Part shown: positions 56,993 through 64,000 of the stretch, in pieces
Position numbering within the stretch: the first letter of the stretch is position 1
How the letters are laid out: the number at the start of each line of letters is the position of its first letter
Assembly: GCA_964545585.1 (NCBI GenBank)
Contig: CAZJFT010000001.1
Coordinates: forward strand, 6,056 to 70,055
Length of the DNA stretch: 64,000 nt
Source: an uncultured Methanosarcinales archaeon
GTDB taxonomy: Archaea; Nanobdellota; Nanobdellia; Woesearchaeales; UBA9642
Direction: 5' to 3'
The notes under the pieces: model-generated
Told to the model about the DNA's origin: nothing
Seen by the model: only the letters and a program-made list of their open reading frames with translations
Database searches by the model: none
Program-made: the position numbers and the translations under genes

Positions 56993-57138
56993 TTCCACAT
57001 GAAATGCAGGGGTTGTTTTTGTATACTGATGCATGAAATATGGCATATTCTGTGCTCAAAATCGAAAATTTAAGCACTCCATAGGAAGTAAAGGTTTGTC
57101 TCATTAAAATGACAGCAAGCCCTCATTTCGCATGGAAG
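56993..57138. other. Candidate replication origin: three ORB-like boxes
   Basis: TTCCACATGAAATGCAGGGGT (+,56993), CTCCATAGGAAGTAAAGGT (+,57077), CTTCCATGCGAAATGAGGGC (-,57119-57138). Confidence 0.6.
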
Positions 57139-57262
57139 TTTTTAAGTATAAAACGTGCTTACACAGGACAACCAATCATAGCATTTATAAATAAACAGAC
57201 ATTCCTATTTATAAAGACATTAATAAACCAAATAACCTGTATCGGTTAGGGGGAAGTAAAAA

Positions 57263-57841
57263 ATGGCAAAAAAACCAGCAAAGAAAACATCAGAAAAGAA
57301 CCAGGAAACAACAAAAGAGCTTCAGATAGTGAACATTGTTGTAAGTTCTTCACTTGAGCATAATATTCCATTAGAAAAAATGGCAGCAACATTAAGCAAC
57401 ACAGAATATAATCCGGAACAATTCCCCGGATTAGTGATAAGGATAAAGGATCCGAAGACATCAGCATTGATATTCAGCTCAGGAAAAATAGTATGCACGG
57501 GAGCAAGAAGCATACAAAAAGTTGAAGAGTCAATACAGAAGATAATCGAAAGCCTACAAAAGATCGGAATAAAGATAACAATCAAACCGAAAATAACAAT
57601 ACAGAACATGGTCGCAGCAGGAAGCATCGGAATGGACCTAAACTTGAACAATCTAGCAATGAAGCTTCCAAATACAGAATATGAACCAGAGCAATTCCCG
57701 GGATTAGTATACAAGCTTATTGAGGCTAAGGCAACATTCTTGCTTTTCAGCAACGGAAAAGTCGTATGTACAGGAACAAAATCCGAAGAAGAAGCAAGAC
57801 AGGCATTAGACAAGCTAGTCACGATATTGAAGAAAATATAG
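57263..57841 (+). CDS. tbp: TATA-box-binding protein
   Basis: Two repeats of EY-x-PEQFPGLV...L-x-FS-x-GK-x-VCTG. Confidence 0.97.
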   Translation: MAKKPAKKTSEKNQETTKELQIVNIVVSSSLEHNIPLEKMAATLSNTEYNPEQFPGLVIRIKDPKTSALIFSSGKIVCTGARSIQKVEESIQKIIESLQKIGIKITIKPKITIQNMVAAGSIGMDLNLNNLAMKLPNTEYEPEQFPGLVYKLIEAKATFLLFSNGKVVCTGTKSEEEARQALDKLVTILKKI

Positions 57842-57961
57842 TTCCGAAAAATATTCGAAAAAAAGATAACAACTTTTTTATTTTATAATTTTTAAACAAT
57901 CTAAAAATGATTTAGGGGGAGGATGGAAGTTTAGCCATCGGCTGGACTCTCCTAAAACTTT

Positions 57962-59974
57962 ATGGACGTTACAGAACAGATAGATAAGTTTCATGAATTC
58001 TTCGACCTGATATACAAGAAACAATTACATCAGGCAATGTCAAAAGGAGATAAATCCATATCGATAAACTTCAGTGAATTGAGCAAGTTCAACCTAGATC
58101 TTGCGCAAGACGTGATAGAGAATCCTGAAGACACCATAAGAGCCGCAGAGATAAGCATCGAGCAATTCGGTTTCAACATCAAGGATTTCAAAGTGAGGAT
58201 AAGGAATCTTCCAAAGACACAACAGGAGATGATACGTAACATAAGAAGTGTCCATCTAGAAAAGTTCATACAAGTGATGGGCATAATACGACAGAAATCA
58301 GATGTCAGACCACAAGTCACTTCGGCACGTTTTGAATGCCCAAGCTGCGGGAATACATTGACGGTGCTTCAGTTCGATACAAAATTTAGGGAGCCGACAA
58401 AATGCGGATGCGGAAGGAAGGGAAAATTCAAACTAATAAGCAAGGAGATGATTGATGCACAAAAAATAGTTCTTGAAGAGGCTCCTGAAGAGCTTGAAGG
58501 TTCAGAACAGCCTAAAAGGCTTGATGTATTCTTGAAATCCGATTTAGTCAGTCCGATGTCTGAAAAGAAGACGAATCCGGGGTCTAAGAACATAATAACA
58601 GGGGTGTTGAAGGAAGTCCCCATAATAGCAAGAGACGGCGGGAAGCTTACACGATTCGACCTTATGCTAGAGGCAAACCATGTGGAATCTGTTGCTGAAG
58701 ATTTTACAGAATTAGAGATAACTCCTGAAGAGATAAAAGACATAAAAGAGTTGTCAGAAGACCCTAAACTTACAAAAAGACTTATCAATTCCGTAGCTCC
58801 ATCAATATATGGACATGATAAAGTCAAGGAAGCATTGATATTGCAATTATTCGGCGGCGTCCGAAAAAAGAAAGACGATGGATCTGTCACCAGAGGAGAC
58901 ATACATGTCCTTTTGATAGGAGACCCTGGTTCCGGAAAAAGCCAGATGTTAAAAAGGGTCTCGATTGTTGCACCTAAATCAAGATATGTATCAGGAAAAG
59001 GAGCAAGCGCAGCAGGACTCACAGCGACAGTTGTCAAGGATGAATTCTTAAGAGGATACGCATTAGAGGCAGGAGCTTTAGTGTTGACGAACAGAGGAAT
59101 ATGCTGCATAGATGAGCTCGACAAGATGACTAAAGAGGACACTAGCGCAATGCATGAAGCGTTAGAGCAGCAGACCATTTCCATAAACAAGGCCAACATC
59201 TCAGCAACATTGCGTGCAGAGACGACAGTTCTTGCGGCAGCAAATCCTAAATTCGGAAGGTTTGATCCCTATGAATTAATACCTAAACAGATAGAGCTTC
59301 CTTCCACATTGATCAACAGATTCGATCTGATATTCCCTATAAGAGACATCCCTAACAAAGCAAAGGACGAGAGGACTGCAGACTTCATATTGAAATTGCA
59401 TAAGGAAGCGTCTGGTGGAGAGATAGATATCCCTACACAGGTGCTCAAGAAATACATTGCTTATGCAAGACAGAACATAAATCCTCAGATGACAGACGGC
59501 GCATTGGAAGAGATAAAAGAATATTATGTTAAGATGCGATCAACAGGAGAGGGAGAAGAAGGATATAAATCCATCCCGATATCTGCAAGACAATTAGAGG
59601 CGTTGATAAGATTGAGCGAAGCAAGCGCAAGATCAAGATTGTCAGATAAAGTGACTAAACCGGATGCGAAGAGAGCCATAGAGCTCGTGCACTTCTGTCT
59701 ATCTCAGATAGGCGTGGACCCTGAGACTGGAAAATTAGACATCGACAGGATAACGACCGGGATAACTGCAAGCCAGAGAGGAATAATCGCCACGATAAAA
59801 GAGATAATACACGATCTAGAAGGACAGATAGGAAAACAGATACCGATTGACGATATAGTCATGAAGGCAAAAGACAAAGGGATAGACCAGGACAAGACAG
59901 AAGAGATACTCGATAGGCTGAAGAAGGCAGGAGACATATTCGCTCCGAGACCTAACTTCATAAGCAGATTATAA
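57962..59974 (+). CDS. mcm: MCM replicative helicase
   Basis: Zn finger CPSC...CGC, APSIYG, GDPGSGKSQ, IDELDKM, AAANP, NRFDL, SARQLE. Confidence 0.97.
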   Translation: MDVTEQIDKFHEFFDLIYKKQLHQAMSKGDKSISINFSELSKFNLDLAQDVIENPEDTIRAAEISIEQFGFNIKDFKVRIRNLPKTQQEMIRNIRSVHLEKFIQVMGIIRQKSDVRPQVTSARFECPSCGNTLTVLQFDTKFREPTKCGCGRKGKFKLISKEMIDAQKIVLEEAPEELEGSEQPKRLDVFLKSDLVSPMSEKKTNPGSKNIITGVLKEVPIIARDGGKLTRFDLMLEANHVESVAEDFTELEITPEEIKDIKELSEDPKLTKRLINSVAPSIYGHDKVKEALILQLFGGVRKKKDDGSVTRGDIHVLLIGDPGSGKSQMLKRVSIVAPKSRYVSGKGASAAGLTATVVKDEFLRGYALEAGALVLTNRGICCIDELDKMTKEDTSAMHEALEQQTISINKANISATLRAETTVLAAANPKFGRFDPYELIPKQIELPSTLINRFDLIFPIRDIPNKAKDERTADFILKLHKEASGGEIDIPTQVLKKYIAYARQNINPQMTDGALEEIKEYYVKMRSTGEGEEGYKSIPISARQLEALIRLSEASARSRLSDKVTKPDAKRAIELVHFCLSQIGVDPETGKLDIDRITTGITASQRGIIATIKEIIHDLEGQIGKQIPIDDIVMKAKDKGIDQDKTEEILDRLKKAGDIFAPRPNFISRL

Positions 59975-60005
59975 AAAAAATTCAAAAAAATAAAACAATA
60001 TCAAA

Positions 60006-60641
60006 ATGCCAGAAGACCAAAAATCCGAATTCAAGAGACAGACTGCATACAAATGCAGCATCAAAGACTTGAATAATGGAGTTTTTGTAAAGAGGCCCGG
60101 ATGGGAGTCAAGTTATTTGATGACTGATTACGGCGATTTCTCAAGAGTGAACATAATAGCAGTAATAGTAGGAAAAGATGAAGGTACGATAACAATAGAT
60201 GATGGCACAGGACAGATAATTGCAAGAGTATTCGACAGGACAGAATTGATAAATGATGTGATTGTCGGAGATCCGGTGTTGTTGATAGCTAGGCCGCGAG
60301 AGTATAATGCCCAAATATATCTCACAATAGATTTGATAAAAAAAATAAACGACAAGGGATGGATAGCATACAGGAAGAAAGAGCTATCGCTGATAAAAAA
60401 AATCCGCGACACAGCGAAGCCTGAAGTGAAGAGAGAAGCTGAAGAAGTACAGAGCGAGAGCACGATGAATTCTAAAGAGCGCATAATCTCTCTGATAAAA
60501 GAACTTGACAACGGACAAGGAGCGGACATGGATGAGGTCATACGCTTCTCGAAGATAAAGAATGCTGAAGACATAATAAAAGATTTCATCCTAAAAGGAG
60601 AAGCGTTCGAATTGAGGCCGGGAAAGATAAAATTGATGTGA
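60006..60641 (+). CDS. RPA32-like protein (OB fold + C-terminal winged helix)
   Basis: KRQTAYK, SRVNII, IDDGTG OB signature, KGEAFE-x-RPG-x-IK tail. Confidence 0.82.
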   Translation: MPEDQKSEFKRQTAYKCSIKDLNNGVFVKRPGWESSYLMTDYGDFSRVNIIAVIVGKDEGTITIDDGTGQIIARVFDRTELINDVIVGDPVLLIARPREYNAQIYLTIDLIKKINDKGWIAYRKKELSLIKKIRDTAKPEVKREAEEVQSESTMNSKERIISLIKELDNGQGADMDEVIRFSKIKNAEDIIKDFILKGEAFELRPGKIKLM

Positions 60642-61532
60642 TTACGCAAAGAACATCGGCGTCACATACACTTCTAATATTGCTGCAATGAATGTTATAA
60701 CGAGCGCAAGCATCATCAGGTCTGCCGCATCCAATATGACGTGTTCAAATTTTCTGGTAGCCACATCATGATTTATTATTGCGATGCTTATTATTCCTCC
60801 AGCAAGTGCGCCTACAAAATATGCAAGTATCTCTGGAAAACCGTGAATCACATACTTGAACAACCCTATTGATACGACAGAGAAGTATGCCCCTATGCCT
60901 GCGCCACCTGCCTGTGCAGCCAATGCAGCAATATTGCTCCTTATGAAATTACCTATGGCTGTGCCTATGACTGAGGCATTCCATAATAGTATGAATATTG
61001 CTCCGGCGCCATAAAGAAAACTGAACAGGATACAAAAAAGCAAGACCTTGACGTTATTGAAGAATATCTTTGAGAACACATTGAACGATGTGGCGCTTCC
61101 TGTGACTACATTGCCTGTTATTGTGCCCTGTGACATTTCAGTGGTCCGTCCATTTATTGCGATTATTGTAGATGTTTGGCTCTCAAAAAGTACAGATATG
61201 GTGCTTGATGGGAGAACAACATACCAGAATACGAATGCGAGGGTCGCTCCTAAAAAAAGGTACATGAATGCGGAAAGTGCCTTCCAATGCTCTTTGAGCA
61301 ATATCACTTCAGATGTGTCAGTCAGGTCCTTCTCCTCCTCCATCTTAATCAATTTATACATCAAAGGGATGGACGCTATTGTCGCGAGGAATACCATGAA
61401 CAGGCTAGAATACTGCTTGAATATCATGTAAGCAAGAAACATTGCAAGACTTGTGTATATGAATCCTAGAAATGTCAACAAACCTGGCTTGTTCTCGGCC
61501 TTTTCTGGACTTATCAAAGATTCTAAAACCAT
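60642..61532 (-). CDS. SpoIIM/DUF95-like membrane protein
   Basis: IFFNN, WNASVIG, HGFPE, AAILE. Confidence 0.82.
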   Translation of the reverse strand: MVLESLISPEKAENKPGLLTFLGFIYTSLAMFLAYMIFKQYSSLFMVFLATIASIPLMYKLIKMEEEKDLTDTSEVILLKEHWKALSAFMYLFLGATLAFVFWYVVLPSSTISVLFESQTSTIIAINGRTTEMSQGTITGNVVTGSATSFNVFSKIFFNNVKVLLFCILFSFLYGAGAIFILLWNASVIGTAIGNFIRSNIAALAAQAGGAGIGAYFSVVSIGLFKYVIHGFPEILAYFVGALAGGIISIAIINHDVATRKFEHVILDAADLMMLALVITFIAAILEVYVTPMFFA

Positions 61533-61581
61533 TATTTAACAGCAGAAAGTATATTTATAAAGTTATTTATGAGTAAATAGT

Positions 61582-61998
61582 TTATGCATAATAGTCTTTG
61601 AAATTAGTCCTTTCAGAAGTTACCCTTCTTACTTCATATTCTGATTGCGGTATGCCTGCATCATGGAATTCTGAATGGACAAGTTCATGAGTTAGTGTAA
61701 TATATTTTTCCGGCCCCGGAAGATTCCTTAAGACATAAGGTTTTGAATTTCCGGGGATAAACATCCCTTTGACCACAAAATCTGTTCCTGCGGCTATGAA
61801 ATCGACTTCGTGAGCGGAATACTCGGGGATTTGCGTCTTGTACTTCATATAAGGTGTAGACGTGGAATAGAACTGTGGCAGAATATCGGCCGAGACATTC
61901 ATGTTGCCATCTTTCTGAGGGATCTTTGCAGAATCTACAATGCCATCTAATGAAACGCTCGAGACATCCCTTCTTCCAGAATAATTTATTATTACCAC
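61582..61998 (-). CDS. Small putative zincin-like protein
   Basis: TLTHELVH followed by a downstream Glu (SEYEV). Confidence 0.55.
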   Translation of the reverse strand: MVIINYSGRRDVSSVSLDGIVDSAKIPQKDGNMNVSADILPQFYSTSTPYMKYKTQIPEYSAHEVDFIAAGTDFVVKGMFIPGNSKPYVLRNLPGPEKYITLTHELVHSEFHDAGIPQSEYEVRRVTSERTNFKDYYA

Positions 61999-62095
61999 AA
62001 TATAGGATGATTTGATGTATATAAAAGATTTGTGAAATATAAAATATTTTTAAAACATGAAAAGATTTATAAGTGAAATAAAATTCGCAAGGGAT

Positions 62096-62503
62096 ATGGA
62101 TTATGAACTGATGCTTGAGCGTGGAAAGAAGAATCTGCCAGAAATAACTCTTGCTTCAGAAAGGTTTGTCGTGCCTAAAGTGACCGGCCACCTGGAAGGT
62201 AACAAGACTGTGATAAGTAATTTCTTCCAGATAGCATCTACACTAGGAAGAACACCTGAGCATTTGCTTAAGTTCATATCGAGAGAGACTGCGGCAAAAG
62301 GAGAAATAAAAAGGCAGTTGCTAGTTTTTAATACAAAAATACCTAGTTCTAAGATAAATGAAAAGATAGAGCAATACGTCGATCAATTCGTCATGTGCAA
62401 AGAATGTGGCAAACCCGACACAAAACTCTCAAAAGAAGGGATAGTCACATTCATGCGCTGCCAAGCATGCGGCGCGAAGACAGTGATCAAGTCTAAGATA
62501 TGA
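62096..62503 (+). CDS. eif2b: Translation initiation factor aIF-2 beta
   Basis: ERF-x-x-P, GNKTVISNF, C-x-ECG-x-PDT, C-x-ACGA. Confidence 0.94.
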   Translation: MDYELMLERGKKNLPEITLASERFVVPKVTGHLEGNKTVISNFFQIASTLGRTPEHLLKFISRETAAKGEIKRQLLVFNTKIPSSKINEKIEQYVDQFVMCKECGKPDTKLSKEGIVTFMRCQACGAKTVIKSKI

Positions 62504-62543
62504 AAGTCCTGATGTATATAATATAAATTTCTTTTCTAAAATA

Positions 62544-64000
62544 TTACCCGAACCATCTTCCCAGTCCTGCCTGGCTTTCTGCTTCCTTACCAAAATAATT
62601 CTCTATCCTTTGTTTTGTCAATTCTATAGTCTGTGTCAAATATGCAGGAATCTTGAACTTCTCGCCGAGACTGATCGTAGGTTCAAGATATTTTATTATC
62701 GAGCCTTCTGAAATAGTGAATATTATTTTCCCGTTGCATTTTATGCATCGTCCAATGAGCGGCGGACGCCTGTATTTCTCGTTGCAATTGCTGCACCTGA
62801 ACTGCTGCGTAGAGAATTTCCTCAAGTTTCCTTTGATATCCCTTATGAAGTGTTTTTCTATGACAAGTCTCGCCACATCCCCGCTATCTACTGCACGTAT
62901 CTTCATTGCCAAATCCATCTGGCCAAAAAGCTTCTCCTCCATAGAGGGCAATAGCTTATATTCGGAGCAGAGAATACCTGCATTGAAATCTTCAGTATCA
63001 TGTGTGAAACCCATCCCTTCATACTGCAGAGGCGTACCTATATGCCTGCCCATCTGGTTTATCTTTATGGTGTGTGCAGGCTTGAATTCTTTTGCGGCCT
63101 CATATAATTCTAAAGGATATCTCCATCCTATATCCAGATCGAACACCATATCATCTACTTCTGCAGGATTCAATATGTATGTCAAGACTAAGGGCGCGTC
63201 CATCGTCGCGCCTCTCTTGTTGGAAAGGTATTCCTTAGAGAAATTAAGCAATCCATCCAGGAGGAGCAATATGCACGATTCATCTCCGTCTGCATCTCTT
63301 CTCATGGCTGCATGGAACATCGGATGTGCAAGATATGCCTGCGTCTTAGAAAAACCTATTATCCTGCCGAGTATGCCTGCAGATGTGTGTGGCGCCAATC
63401 CTATGACTGCCTGACCTACCAAGTCCTCTTTTGATTTCAATCTATAATAGGGCTTTTGACCATATAATTTCTCTAGCAGCTCATCTATGAAATTTGCTGT
63501 CCTGAACAATACTTCGTCTGCGGGCTCATCAGGGCTATCGGGACTGCAGGGCAGCACTATATCTTGCGGTTTCAACTCTAAGACCTGGTCTTCACGCTCT
63601 AAGGGCCGACCTTTAGTGTCATGTGTATATCCTAATCTCTTCAACCTATCTATGCCTACAGCTATCTCCTTCGGCTTGAAATGAGTCAAAGGGACCTCAG
63701 ATATATCATACCTTATCGTCCCGTCTTTGAAGACTGAAACGCTATGTTTGGCGCGCAATATCCCTTTAACCAAATGCTCTGGAACGTGATTTATGTTCGC
63801 AGTACCTTTTATGCCTTTTATCATGTCAGGATATATCTTGGTGTTGAGTTTCTTCAACATGAAAGGGAATATCTCGTTTATATTTATAGGATAATTTGCG
63901 TAAGGGAATTTCTGGTGGGATTCATTCTTGCAATCGACATCTTTACATTCTCTGCAATACATCTTTTTCTCTGCAGGCTTATCACAGATTTCACATATAG
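62544..64000 (-). CDS. polC: DNA polymerase D large subunit DP2, C-terminal part (5' end outside window)
   Basis: KGILRAKH, FKDGTIRYD, LAPHTSAG, RRDADGDE, G-x-x-MDAP, C-x-x-C-x-x-KYRRPPL-x-G-x-C. Confidence 0.96.
   Translation of the reverse strand, partial: ICEICDKPAEKKMYCRECKDVDCKNESHQKFPYANYPININEIFPFMLKKLNTKIYPDMIKGIKGTANINHVPEHLVKGILRAKHSVSVFKDGTIRYDISEVPLTHFKPKEIAVGIDRLKRLGYTHDTKGRPLEREDQVLELKPQDIVLPCSPDSPDEPADEVLFRTANFIDELLEKLYGQKPYYRLKSKEDLVGQAVIGLAPHTSAGILGRIIGFSKTQAYLAHPMFHAAMRRDADGDESCILLLLDGLLNFSKEYLSNKRGATMDAPLVLTYILNPAEVDDMVFDLDIGWRYPLELYEAAKEFKPAHTIKINQMGRHIGTPLQYEGMGFTHDTEDFNAGILCSEYKLLPSMEEKLFGQMDLAMKIRAVDSGDVARLVIEKHFIRDIKGNLRKFSTQQFRCSNCNEKYRRPPLIGRCIKCNGKIIFTISEGSIIKYLEPTISLGEKFKIPAYLTQTIELTKQRIENYFGKEAESQAGLGRWFG

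Noticed and set aside
57962..64000. Inteins in MCM or DP2 (also checked GyrA)
   Set aside because: Conserved motifs are contiguous and lengths are ordinary

Overview
Archaeal chromosome segment, most consistent with a DPANN archaeon of the Woesearchaeota type (inference from a fused PriS-PriL primase, PolD DP2, TBP, MCM, aIF-2beta, PAN, Hjc and EndA, alongside bacterial-type GyrA, PepF and an RsuA/RluB synthase). Most of the window is housekeeping (replication, tRNA/rRNA processing, proteolysis) interspersed with lineage-type hypotheticals. The standout is a locus at about 42.7-46.6 kb. An antitoxin-like/RelE-like/Xer-like recombinase operon faces away from an array of four single-gene cassettes. 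The cassettes are joined by five dif-like sites (TAA-N6-TTA-N5-AAT), and each is bracketed by its own private inverted repeats plus strand-biased hairpins. This looks like an integron-like gene-capture system whose site architecture differs from classical attC. Other signals not in the ORF track: a tRNA-Leu(CAA) with two BHB introns (37/38 and 59/60), a box C/D guide RNA predicted to target 23S U2552, a K-turn in the leader of a K+ channel gene, three ORB-like boxes upstream of tbp-mcm-rpa (candidate origin), and several palindromic operators. All calls are by eye from motifs; no database search was run.
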